DNA of 64,000 nt, taken from NCBI GenBank assembly GCA_965277285.1, contig OZ255721.1:2176001-2240000 (forward strand), read 5' to 3'. This document shows positions 1 through 9,083 of this stretch, one piece after another (the stretch's first letter is position 1; every line of letters starts with the position of its first letter). Origin of the DNA: Abditibacteriaceae bacterium (GTDB taxonomy: Bacteria; Armatimonadota; Abditibacteriia; Abditibacteriales; Abditibacteriaceae). The position numbers and the translations under genes were made by a program. The notes beneath the pieces are model-generated. The model was not told the origin of the DNA. It was given only the letters and a program-made list of their open reading frames with translations, and searched no databases.

Positions 1-103
1 CGACAATCGCAAACGATTGAAAGTTGGACGACACATCGACCTCGACGCGCACCACATACGCGTCCACGCCCAAAACCGCCAGAGAATCAACACACGCTAA
101 CAT
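1..103 (-). CDS. comM: YifB/ComM Mg-chelatase-like AAA+ ATPase, N-terminus only (runs off window)
   Basis: ATG at 103; translates MLACVDSLAVLGVDAYVVRVEVDVSSNFQSFAIV, the typical YifB N-terminus; lies downstream of yraN as is common. Confidence 0.8.
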   Translation of the reverse strand, partial: MLACVDSLAVLGVDAYVVRVEVDVSSNFQSFAIV

Positions 104-345
104 CAAAACCCACTTCGCGCCGCACACCGCGACGACCTTGAAATTAAACCTTGCACATCGAGTACTCGAAATCGCTCTTTTCTCGTGCAATCTGATCTGA
201 AAACCAATTGGAACACGGCGGCTCCGCCGACACAGATTGAACAGATAAGCACCGATTTTCTTCAGTGTTAGTTTGATTTCGATCCGTGTTCATCCATGTC
301 CGAAAACTGTGTCAGCGAAGCCGCTGTGTCCTATTTCCCATAAAT

Positions 346-819
346 TCAAAACACGCGCGCGCCGCGACTACGACTGGCAACGGCTTGATAATCGAAAGCA
401 TTGATGTGCAACTGCAAGCGCGGTTTTTGACCATGCGCGCCCATCCAGACTTCGACGACATCGAAGCGACAAGGCGTTTCGTGCAGCTGATAAATCGAAA
501 CATAAGCGTTCGCCAAACGCGAAATCTGGCGCTGTTTGCTGCGCGTGACCGCTTCCTGTGGCGCGCCGCGTTCATTTGAAGAGCGCGTTTTGACTTCGAT
601 GAAACACAAAATCTTGCCCTGCCACGCAATACAATCGATCTCACCTCGCAAGGCGCCATCCGCTTTTCCGTCGCGTTGGTTGGAACCTTCCTTCTTGCCC
701 GGGCGCCAATTGCGCTGCACGATGCGAAAACCACGTTCGGCGAGAAAACGCGCGGCTTCGTCCTCGCCCTGCTCGCCACGCCGATACGCTTGCTGCCCTT
801 GATCGCTCGTTTGTTCCAT
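346..819 (-). CDS. yraN: YraN (UPF0102) family PD-(D/E)XK nuclease-like protein
   Basis: GE..A..FL..RGF.I..RNWR, GEID.IA, FIEVKTR and RFDVV motifs; ORF track extends to 867. Confidence 0.9.
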   Translation of the reverse strand: MEQTSDQGQQAYRRGEQGEDEAARFLAERGFRIVQRNWRPGKKEGSNQRDGKADGALRGEIDCIAWQGKILCFIEVKTRSSNERGAPQEAVTRSKQRQISRLANAYVSIYQLHETPCRFDVVEVWMGAHGQKPRLQLHINAFDYQAVASRSRGARVF

Positions 820-967
820 CACGTTGTTGACACACCTTATATTCTTCACTATTCTTGCGGTTACCATATCAAAAATTCAACAAAAGTGCGACGTAGCGAA
901 AATCGAAATTTACGGTTTTCGCTGCGTCGCTTTTTTACGTCTTCTTACAGCTTGGTATTGATGAATT

Positions 968-2095
968 TCAACGAGGTGTCGGCAAGGCGTTGGCGGCGTT
1001 TGATGCAGCACTGGCGGGAACATTCGCTGTGGCGCGCGCTGTTGTGACCGAAGTGACCGTCGCGTTTCGCGTTGTTGTCGCAGGCGCACTGGTGACGCTT
1101 CGAGTACTCGATGTCGTGTTTCGCGTGGTCGCTGTCATTTTCGACCGCTTGGTCGTTGCACTCGTTCCGGTTACCGGGCCGATGACACCGGGCGTGCCCG
1201 TTGAAGACGTGCCGGTATCAATGGATGAGGTATCGCTGGGCGAAGTTACGGTGCTGTTGGCAATGATCGGCGTGCCGCGCTGTGGGATGGCAACGCCCAG
1301 GCCCCACAAACCAAGTGGCTTAATGTTCGGCTTGAAAACTTTTTTACCACTTAACGGATCAAAAACTATAATAGTCGGTTGTTTGTGATCGACAAAGGTT
1401 TTGGCGAACTCCTCATCATCGAGCCATTTTTGCACATCAATCGAGGTCGCGCCATAAAGATCGACCACCGCGTAACCCGTGTGAACCAGCATCCGGTTGA
1501 GGTTCCACTGGACGCCAGTAGAAGCGCTTGCGCCGGTTGTGCTCGGGCTGGCTGGTCCAGGCGTGAAGTAAATCTGCACCATGCGATGCGAATCGAGATC
1601 GACAGGAAATTTCGGATCGACTTCAACCGTCAGATTTTCTTTGCCATCGACCCATTCATGTACTTTGTTGACCGTATATTGCCAACCAGGTTGACCAGGC
1701 CCGGGCGCGACAATGCCCGCCAAGCGGACAGTTTCTGCCACAGGCGACGGTGGTGGCACGGCGCTGCCAGCGACAGTTTTGGCACCGACGGTTCTGCCGC
1801 TGGCAATTGTTGGCACACCTTGAATCGTCAACAATTCGCCGGACGTGATGCTGGTCACGCGGTATGTGCCGGGCAGTGGCAGGCCTTTTGTGATGTTGTC
1901 GGCGGGGTCGAAAACCGGCAGCGTCGGTTTCTGCGTGACGGGCGGCGGCGGTTCTTTATGCGGTCCCTGCAAAAGGCTGCAGCCTGATAAAGCGGAAATG
2001 CAACACGCTGTCGCCAACCAGCCGCAGGCTGTCATCCAAAAAGTTGGCGAAAAGCGGTGCGACGCTCGAAATTCACGTTGCGAAAAGGCTGTCAT
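968..2095 (-). CDS. Lipoprotein with thermonuclease (SNase)-like domain and Ser/Thr-rich tail
   Basis: Lipobox ALSG-C; VRLAGIVAP and LNRMLVHTGYAVV resemble SNase motifs; GGAG RBS before ATG 2095. Confidence 0.6.
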   Translation of the reverse strand: MTAFSQREFRASHRFSPTFWMTACGWLATACCISALSGCSLLQGPHKEPPPPVTQKPTLPVFDPADNITKGLPLPGTYRVTSITSGELLTIQGVPTIASGRTVGAKTVAGSAVPPPSPVAETVRLAGIVAPGPGQPGWQYTVNKVHEWVDGKENLTVEVDPKFPVDLDSHRMVQIYFTPGPASPSTTGASASTGVQWNLNRMLVHTGYAVVDLYGATSIDVQKWLDDEEFAKTFVDHKQPTIIVFDPLSGKKVFKPNIKPLGLWGLGVAIPQRGTPIIANSTVTSPSDTSSIDTGTSSTGTPGVIGPVTGTSATTKRSKMTATTRNTTSSTRSVTSAPATTTRNATVTSVTTARATANVPASAASNAANALPTPR

Positions 2096-2261
2096 CAAAC
2101 GTTCTCCAGTCTGAAAATCTGCAAAGACACCGGCGAACAGACGAGTCAATTGCGGGAATACGTCCTATTTTATCTGTTTCCGCACCGTTCATGTTCGATG
2201 CAAGCGCGATTCCTTCAAACACCTTGCGCTATCGAGTACTCGATGCGCGCTCTCGCAACCA

Positions 2262-2996
2262 TTATTCGTTCACCAGCAATTCGCGGGCGTTGCGCATCAC
2301 GATGCGTTCGCGCTGCAATTTGCCAATCGTGCTGTCGCGCAGCATTCCCATGGCGGCGGCGGGATGCAAGCGTCCCCAATCCGAACTCCACAAAACGCGG
2401 CGCTCGCCCAAAGTCGCCACCGCTTGCGCGATCACGTCACGTTCGCACCATTGTGCGCTGGGCAAAAACGACAGGTTCAACACATCTTTTATCGCAGGTG
2501 GCGCATCGCTGGTCAAGGCTTCGCTTTGCGGCGACAACAAAAAACGCAAAGTATGAAACTGGCGCGCCACGCGAATCGCCGCCGCCAGGGTCGCGGGCGA
2601 CGAACACGTCACCAAAATCGGCTTGCCGTAGCGCCGCAAGGCATTCACAACTGTCAAACCGCCCGCGCTGTCAATGGCGTCGCCGTCGTGCGATTGCTCG
2701 AAGCGACTGCCGACCCATTGAGTTTTCATCAGGTAGCGCCGCGCTAATTCCTGCGACAAATCCGGCTGATGCACCGACAGTTCGAGCCAGCCTTTGAATC
2801 GCGCATCGGTTTTGAGAGCGTCCGCCAAACGCGCGTTACCACCGTTCAAATCGGTGACGGCTTCTTCCGACGCGAGGCACAGCGCCTCAATATCGAACTG
2901 ACTGGCATACGCCGAGGCCGCTTCAATGCCCGGCGGACGACAACCCAGCGTTTGCGCGCTCACTCCGAAATGTCCCTGCAAATCGATTAAAGGCAT
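2262..2996 (-). CDS. Amidohydrolase-family (TIM barrel) protein, degenerate metal site
   Basis: N-terminal IDLQGH, C-terminal LGERRVLWSSDW and IVMRNARELL. Confidence 0.7.
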   Translation of the reverse strand: MPLIDLQGHFGVSAQTLGCRPPGIEAASAYASQFDIEALCLASEEAVTDLNGGNARLADALKTDARFKGWLELSVHQPDLSQELARRYLMKTQWVGSRFEQSHDGDAIDSAGGLTVVNALRRYGKPILVTCSSPATLAAAIRVARQFHTLRFLLSPQSEALTSDAPPAIKDVLNLSFLPSAQWCERDVIAQAVATLGERRVLWSSDWGRLHPAAAMGMLRDSTIGKLQRERIVMRNARELLVNE

Positions 2997-3010
2997 GAGA
3001 ACTCGAATAC

Positions 3011-3116
3011 GGAATGATGAATACGGAATGATGAATATCGAGTACTCGAAACTGAAAAGCCGTCGTTCGAGTTCAATGTTTTCTGATTCATCATTCCGTA
3101 TTCATTATTCATCATT
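3011..3116. repeat. REP-like hairpin of GATGAAT/ATTCATC heptamer arms containing a palindrome copy
   Basis: ggaatgatgaatacggaatgatgaat ... attcatcattccgtattcattattcatcatt; related elements at 6064-6130, 25303-25390 and 31341-31360. Confidence 0.7.
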
Positions 3117-3849
3117 TGGTCAAAAGTTGTTTCAAATTGCCGCCCAGAACGAGCGCTTTTTCTTCATCTGACAGCGACGACGCCAGAATCGGGCCAATCG
3201 CGGCAGACAAATAACGCAACGGCGAATAAGACGCAAAAACCATTTTCTGCACGCCGCCGGGAACGTTGTCGCGGATCGCCTCGAGCGCGCCGGGCGCCAA
3301 AAGTGCGGCAGTTTCGACATAAATCGTCGTGTCGCCGCGCATCACGGAAATCGTTTCGCCCAACTGCGCGGAACCAACGCCCGCCAGCAAAATTGGAATC
3401 TTAAAATCTTTCACCAACGCTGCCACTTCGCTCATCGCGCCGGCGCGTGTGGTCGTGACCGCGACCGGAACACCCAATTCGTCGCAGCGTTTGAGCACGT
3501 CTCGAAATGGCGCGAGGTTCAGCGGCCAGCCCTGGCGTTCGGGGAAAAAGCGGAACAAGCGAAAACCTTCGCCAGCGCGCTGTTCGGCTTCTTGCAGACA
3601 CTCGGGAAAAGCGCGCGGATCGAGCGTCGCCACCGGAAATAATTGCTGCGGATGCTGACGCGCGATGTTGATCGTTTCCACATTTCCCTGGCGATAATCG
3701 TGAAAAATGCCGACCGTCGAAGTCGCCAGAGAACGCACAATGCCGTTGCTTGTCATGCCCGAGAGGAGCGTTTCAACCGACAAATCGGCGGCGTGCTGCG
3801 GCCACGGCCCGAACAAAGTGCAAGCATCTAAAATCGCGTAGTTGGCCAT
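3112..3849 (-). CDS. Amidohydrolase-family (TIM barrel) protein, degenerate metal site
   Basis: ILDACTLFGPWP, IYVETA, KMVFASYSP and VLGGNLKQLL follow the Amidohydro_2 layout. Confidence 0.7.
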   Translation of the reverse strand: MANYAILDACTLFGPWPQHAADLSVETLLSGMTSNGIVRSLATSTVGIFHDYRQGNVETINIARQHPQQLFPVATLDPRAFPECLQEAEQRAGEGFRLFRFFPERQGWPLNLAPFRDVLKRCDELGVPVAVTTTRAGAMSEVAALVKDFKIPILLAGVGSAQLGETISVMRGDTTIYVETAALLAPGALEAIRDNVPGGVQKMVFASYSPLRYLSAAIGPILASSLSDEEKALVLGGNLKQLLTK

Positions 3850-3998
3850 GAGAAAAGTGGTCGGTGGGCCGTTGTCCGTGGCCGGTTATCGAGTACTCGA
3901 AAGCGTCCGAGGAGCGCGCAAAACTTAAAAGCAAAATCGTGAAAAGTTGCAGTGATTATAGCAAGAGTGACGAAAAAACGCGCGGTGGCACTTTCATT

Positions 3999-4511
3999 CT
4001 ACAAAACAGCGGGGTGAATCGCAGACATCAGGTTGCTAAACGCTTCGATCTGGTTGCGTTCCGCACGTTGCACGGTTTGATAACGCGGCTGCCAACCCGT
4101 CGTCTGCAAATTGAATTTCGCAAACGTTCCCGTCACATTGGACCCGCGGCGTGACAAGTAAAACATCATCAAAGGCTGCGCGAAATCGTGCTTTGCGAGT
4201 ACTCGAATCGCGCGAAAAAGCTGCGCCAGTGAAACGTTGAAAAATGGCGGGTCGCAGATAATAACGCCATACTTTTCGCCCGTCCATTCAGGCCGATACA
4301 AATCGTAGGAACGAAAACCCGCGATATCCGCAAAACGCGGATCGCTATCCAAAATGCGCGTTTCGATTCCACGATTCACCAATTTGCGCCCCAGCATTGG
4401 GCAACACAAACAACACGGCAATGCGAAATTGTTTTCCATTACGAAATCGGCCAAATGCGCAATTGTCGCGTCGTCGAAAAAGTATTGTTCGTTCTCGTGA
4501 AGTTCGTACAT
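3999..4511 (-). CDS. Putative SAM-dependent amino-methyltransferase, N6-adenineMlase (EEF1AKMT1/ZCCHC4-like) family
   Basis: EQYFF, CLCCP, ILDSDPRF, F.SYD and IICDPPF motifs in the order seen in EEF1AKMT1/ZCCHC4. Confidence 0.7.
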   Translation of the reverse strand: MYELHENEQYFFDDATIAHLADFVMENNFALPCCLCCPMLGRKLVNRGIETRILDSDPRFADIAGFRSYDLYRPEWTGEKYGVIICDPPFFNVSLAQLFRAIRVLAKHDFAQPLMMFYLSRRGSNVTGTFAKFNLQTTGWQPRYQTVQRAERNQIEAFSNLMSAIHPAVL

Positions 4512-4524
4512 TAATCAAATTAAC

Positions 4525-4591
4525 GAACCCCAAGCGTCAGGGCGGGGCTGAAATAACTCTCACTTCAGCCCCACGCTGACGCTTGGGGTTC
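4525..4591. repeat. REP-like hairpin (GAACCCnAAGCGTCAG family); probable terminator after hflX
   Basis: 28-bp near-perfect inverted arms; second family member at 33079-33163. Confidence 0.75.
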
Positions 4592-4599
4592 TGGTTGCA

Positions 4600-6039
4600 T
4601 CAAGCCACGCGCAAAACTTTGTTCTTCGCAATACCCAATTTTTCGCGCCAGCGTGGAGCAATTCGCGCACGCACATGAACGCGCGGCGCCTGTCCATCTT
4701 TGCCTTCGCTCCAATCTTCGCCCAAAATGCGCCCGTGATGCGCCAAATCGGCCAGCATCTTTCCAGTTTCGAGCGCCGCAGCGTCCAGCGAAAGCGCGAT
4801 TTCCTCATCGCCCGCTTCCAATGTTTGCTTCATTCTTTCGCGCAAAGCGTCCAAGCCTTCGCTGGTCAAAGCGGACGTAAAAATCGCGTCGGGATGACGA
4901 AAACGCAGAACTTCGCGCGCTTCGTCGTCCAGCAAATCGCACTGATTCAAGACCAAAATTTGCGGCGTTTGCGCGACTTTCAATTCTTCGAGTACGCGAC
5001 GCACCGAAGTCAATTTGTCGTCCAGTTCTTTGTCGGCGGCGTTTCCGACCAGAAGCAGGAAATCGGCGTCGCGCACTTCGGCCAAAGTCGAATGAAAACT
5101 TTCCACCAGATAATGCGGCAACTTGCGTACGAAACCGACGGTGTCGCTCAATAAAACATCGCGCCCGCCGCCCAATTGCACGCGCCGCGTCGAAGCGCCC
5201 AAAGTCGCAAAAAGTTGGTCGGCAACCAGAACGCCATCGCCGGTCGGACGACTGAGCGCATTCAACAACGCGCTTTTGCCGACGTTGGTATAACCGACCA
5301 GCGCGCCGGTTTCGTAATCGCGGCGCGAGGCGGACGCAATGGCGTTTTGCTTGCGGATTTCGCCCAGTTGTTTTTCCAAAAGCGCCACGCGTTCTCCGGC
5401 CAGGCGGCGGTCGGTTTCGAGCTGCGTTTCGCCCGGGCCGCGCAAGCCGATGCCGCCGCCGATACGCGATAAGTGCGTCCACATTCGCTTCAATCGCGGC
5501 AGTTGATAGCGCAGTTGCGCCAGTTCGACTTGCAATTTCGCCTGTCGCGTTTGGGCGCGTCGCGCGAAAATATCCAAGATCAGTTCGGTGCGGTCGATGA
5601 CGCGCACTTTGAGAATATTTTCCAGGTTGCGGCCTTGCGCGGGCGAAAGTTCGCGGTCAACCACCATCACATCGACGTTTTCGCGCTCGCAAATCTGCTG
5701 AATTTCCTCGACTTTGCCTTTGCCGAACATCGTCGCGGGATGCGGCTTGTCGCGCTTTTGCGAAACGTTGCCGACGACAACGGCATTGGCCGCTTCGCAC
5801 AAACCCGCCAGTTCTTCCAGCGAAGATTCGTCGTCTTCTTGAGAACTCGCGGCGGCGTTTTTCTGAGATCGAGTACTCGAATCGTCGTCTAAGAGAAGTT
5901 GCGCCAGAAGCGCGCGTTCGGGTTCGACGTGCGTGGAAATCAGGCCGCTCTCGTCGCGCGTTTGCGCTTCGTCTTTGCGCGAAGCCAGCGGGTTGTGCTG
6001 CTGCACTTTTTCTAAAATGGCGCGCTTGGTGTCTTTCAT
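4600..6039 (-). CDS. hflX: GTPase HflX
   Basis: GKGKVEE, LSPAQ.RNLE, RGPGETQLETDRR, GYTNVGKS, DQLFATL, DTVGF. Confidence 0.97.
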   Translation of the reverse strand: MKDTKRAILEKVQQHNPLASRKDEAQTRDESGLISTHVEPERALLAQLLLDDDSSTRSQKNAAASSQEDDESSLEELAGLCEAANAVVVGNVSQKRDKPHPATMFGKGKVEEIQQICERENVDVMVVDRELSPAQGRNLENILKVRVIDRTELILDIFARRAQTRQAKLQVELAQLRYQLPRLKRMWTHLSRIGGGIGLRGPGETQLETDRRLAGERVALLEKQLGEIRKQNAIASASRRDYETGALVGYTNVGKSALLNALSRPTGDGVLVADQLFATLGASTRRVQLGGGRDVLLSDTVGFVRKLPHYLVESFHSTLAEVRDADFLLLVGNAADKELDDKLTSVRRVLEELKVAQTPQILVLNQCDLLDDEAREVLRFRHPDAIFTSALTSEGLDALRERMKQTLEAGDEEIALSLDAAALETGKMLADLAHHGRILGEDWSEGKDGQAPRVHVRARIAPRWREKLGIAKNKVLRVA

Positions 6040-6137
6040 ACAGAAAACCTCAACAAAACGAAAAAGGATGAAGGATGAGAGATGAAGAATGAAAATCGGC
6101 TTCATCCTTCAAGTTTCATCCTTCATCCTTCAAGAAA

Positions 6138-6210
6138 TGGGCCGTGCTGGGGTCGAACCAGCGACCTTGGGATTAAGAGTCCCCTGCTCTACCGACTGAG
6201 CTAACGGCCC
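6138..6210 (-). tRNA. tRNA-Lys(CTT), CCA not encoded
   Basis: GGGCCGTTAGCTCAGTCGGTAGAGCAGGGGACTCTTAATCCCAAGGTCGCTGGTTCGACCCCAGCACGGCCCA folds as a cloverleaf, anticodon CTT. Confidence 0.97.
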
Positions 6211-6319
6211 GAAAATTTGCCTCTGCGTCAAATGAACCTTTCCATTTATACCTGAAAGAAGAACGCTTTGCAACCATCTTTTGCAATCATCTAAAGAACC
6301 CGCACGATGAACTATCACC

Positions 6320-6793
6320 TCAAACTGAATCAACGCTTGGCTTTACGCAGCGCAGCAACGTGCGATACCTGCTTTGTCCTTGGGGAAAATTGGCGCCCGC
6401 TTCGTGCCAGACTTTTTCGGGATTCAAGGTCGTCAGACGGACGCGTCGCTGATTGAAATAATCGCCCTCAAGATCAGGGTTTTCGCGCCACTCGTAATCG
6501 CCGATAACTTCAACGACCAGCTCGCGTTTTCCTGTACTCAATATCACCAATTCGCCTTTTTGCATGGTGACATAAAAATCCCACAAACTTGGTCCCATAG
6601 AAGCGGCATTTGGATACTTTGGGTAAATGGGATGCGCACGCAGAACCGCTTTAATCTCTTCAGGAGACTGAAAGTTGTAGGTTCGCAAATCTCCAATTCG
6701 ACCCCAGCCAATCGCAATGCGCTCGTTTTTGCGCATCCATTCCAGCGCGCCTTTTGGGTTCTCGTGATGCGTCATCAATCGCCACGTATTCAT
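6320..6793 (-). CDS. Hypothetical protein resembling the N-terminal domain of Mrr/McrB-type restriction proteins
   Basis: IAIGW..IGDL, F...MQKGELVI, V.GDYEW and RRV motifs; GAGG RBS before ATG 6793. Confidence 0.55.
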   Translation of the reverse strand: MNTWRLMTHHENPKGALEWMRKNERIAIGWGRIGDLRTYNFQSPEEIKAVLRAHPIYPKYPNAASMGPSLWDFYVTMQKGELVILSTGKRELVVEVIGDYEWRENPDLEGDYFNQRRVRLTTLNPEKVWHEAGANFPQGQSRYRTLLRCVKPSVDSV

Positions 6794-6873
6794 AATTTTC
6801 CTCGCTTGTGCCAATGGTAGCACAGCTTTCGTTACAATAACTTGCGACTTTCCATTCGAGTACTCGATTCCTT

Positions 6874-7557
6874 ATGACAACAGACAACACAACAAAAATT
6901 ACCACGATTCTCTTCGACATGGACGGCGTGATCGCCGATTCCGAACCGCACTGGAGCCAGATCGACACCGAACTTTTGGCGCGTTACGGGCACCTCTACA
7001 CCGACGAGCACAAGCGCAACGTGATGGGCAAAAGTTTCCCGCGCTCTTCCGGCTATTACATCGAAACCTTTGGCCTGCCGATGACAATTCAAGAACTCAC
7101 CGATGAACGCAAAATCATCGCTCTGGGCTATTACACGACGCACATCCAACCGTTTGAACACGCGGTTCGAGTACTCGATTGGCTGCGCGCGCATAATTTA
7201 CGCATTGGATTAGCGACCAGCGCCGACAGTTCCATCGCTTTTCCCTTTCTTGAACGTCACAATTTGCGTGAAAAATTCGATGCGCTGACAACTGGCGAGG
7301 AAGTGACGCACGGAAAACCGTCGCCTGATATTTATTTGCTGGCCGCGAAAAAACTGGAAGCCGCGTCGCAAAACTGCTTGGTCGTGGAAGATGCTTTAGC
7401 GGGCGTGCAAGCCGGAAAAAGCGCGAGTATGCGCGTCGCCGCAATTCCCGATGCGCACTTTGTCAACCCGCAAGATTACGTTGGATTTGCCGATTTTCTG
7501 TTGGATAATTTGGGCGAATTACCGACGCTGATCGAAAAACTGAACGCTCAAAAATGA
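6874..7557 (+). CDS. HAD-superfamily phosphatase (family IA, beta-PGM-like)
   Basis: FDMDGVIADSE, ATS, GKPSPDIY, VEDA..GV. Confidence 0.93.
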   Translation: MTTDNTTKITTILFDMDGVIADSEPHWSQIDTELLARYGHLYTDEHKRNVMGKSFPRSSGYYIETFGLPMTIQELTDERKIIALGYYTTHIQPFEHAVRVLDWLRAHNLRIGLATSADSSIAFPFLERHNLREKFDALTTGEEVTHGKPSPDIYLLAAKKLEAASQNCLVVEDALAGVQAGKSASMRVAAIPDAHFVNPQDYVGFADFLLDNLGELPTLIEKLNAQK

Positions 7558-7623
7558 AGCGCAGGGAAGCCAAGACGTGGAGAAACGAATCGAGAACTCG
7601 AAACTGCCAGTTTGTCATTCGGA

Positions 7624-7793
7624 GAGCGTGTATAGGAAAGGCCAGAAAACAACAAAAACACTGAAAAGTAACACTTTGTCATTCTGAGCGCAGCGAAGAA
7701 TCTTATTGCAGTTAGATTCTTCGCTGTGCTCAGAATGACAAACTGGCAGTTTCAAGCGTTTTCTGGACTTTTCTCGACTTTCTATATAGCCTC
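7624..7793. mobile_element. MITE-like element with IS5-type ends enclosing a REP hairpin
   Basis: Ends GAGCGTGTATAGGAAAG and ACTTTCTATATAGCCTC; the right end matches the 54880 IS5 TIR at 14/17; a reverse-oriented relative lies at 51871-52015. Confidence 0.55.
7675..7742. repeat. REP hairpin GTCATTCTGAGCGCAGCGAAGAATCT-loop-AGATTCTTCGCTGyGCTCAGAATGAC
   Basis: Inverted arms of 26 bp or more; other copies at 31257, 47625 and 51913. Confidence 0.9.
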
Positions 7794-7913
7794 TCAGAAC
7801 GACAGAGATACTTTACTGGTGTTTCGTCCAGTCAACACCGTCTCAAAGTGACTCACTGTTACTTTCGAGTACTTGATTCTCTTTTCTCCTGGTGTTCTTT
7901 GTGTCTCGGTGGT

Positions 7914-9059
7914 TCATTTTTCAACCGTGTTCAGCACTTCGACGATTTCATCGACGCGGCTTTTCCAACTGTGTTTTGCGGCTTCGTTTTGGCGGGCTTT
8001 GATTTGTTCATCGTCATCGCTGGCGGCTTCTGCGACGGCGGCGCGGCAGGCTTCGATGAAAGCGTCTTTGCCGGAAGCGATGCGGCACAAGTGCGAAAAA
8101 TCGCGGAATCCCGCCAGATTGGTGCTGACAATTGGCTTGCCCGCAGCGAGATATTCCCACAACTTCAAAGGGTTTAGGCTTTCCGTGAAAGGCGTTTCGA
8201 CGTGCGGCACAATCGCCACATCGAACTCGGACATGACTTGCGGAACTTGCGCGTGTGGCACCACGCCACGCAGTTCGATGTTGCCCTGTGTTTTGAATTT
8301 CTCGGTCGTTTCGGGCGGCAACATATTCGGCCCAACCAGCAAAATGCGGCCTGCGGGAAAGGCGCGCGCCAATTCGAGTACTAAATCGACATCGACGCGA
8401 TCTTCGTGCAACGTTCCCGTGTAGCCGAAAACCGGCGCATTTTTGTCGGCGCGCCGTGCATGATCGACTTCGCTGTAGCGTTCGGTATAAACGCCGTTGG
8501 GAATCAGGGAAATGCGCCGCGCGAGCGGTTTTTTCACGTCGTAAAGATACTGCGAGACGACGATAACGGCATCGGCGCGGCGGCACAGCGATTTATCCTG
8601 CCACGTCACCAGTTGTTTTTCGCGCGCCGATTGCGTGAACTGCGTCCAATCGTCGCCAATGTCATAAATTACGGCGCTTTCGCCCATGCGTCCCATCATG
8701 TGCGCCGTGTAATGCGGGTTCGTCCAGAAAATCGGCTTTGTGATGCCCAGCTTTTTCGCGGCGCGCGCAATGTACCAACGCGCCAATTTTTCGTTCAACA
8801 AGCGGCAAGCGGAAATCGTGTTCGGCAAAAGTTTGGGCGGCTTGATGACGTGGATGTTGGGCGATTCGGGGACATCGGCGGTTTTCTCGAACAAAGCGCG
8901 CCAGTTCCGCTTGCGGATCGCGTGCGAAATATCGCGCGACAGGCCGACATAAAGCAGTTTGTTTTCGGGAAAACGTCGCGCCAGTTCCGCTGCGACGGGC
9001 TGATTGCGCCGCCACATATCGTCCCAGTCTTCCATTGCGACAAAGATAAAATCAGGCAT
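7914..9059 (-). CDS. GT-B glycosyltransferase (TuaH-like)
   Basis: IPNGV, FGYTGTL, NPLKLWEYLAAGKPIVST. Confidence 0.9.
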   Translation of the reverse strand: MPDFIFVAMEDWDDMWRRNQPVAAELARRFPENKLLYVGLSRDISHAIRKRNWRALFEKTADVPESPNIHVIKPPKLLPNTISACRLLNEKLARWYIARAAKKLGITKPIFWTNPHYTAHMMGRMGESAVIYDIGDDWTQFTQSAREKQLVTWQDKSLCRRADAVIVVSQYLYDVKKPLARRISLIPNGVYTERYSEVDHARRADKNAPVFGYTGTLHEDRVDVDLVLELARAFPAGRILLVGPNMLPPETTEKFKTQGNIELRGVVPHAQVPQVMSEFDVAIVPHVETPFTESLNPLKLWEYLAAGKPIVSTNLAGFRDFSHLCRIASGKDAFIEACRAAVAEAASDDDEQIKARQNEAAKHSWKSRVDEIVEVLNTVEK

Positions 9060-9083
9060 AAAAAGTCGGATTCGAGTACTCGA

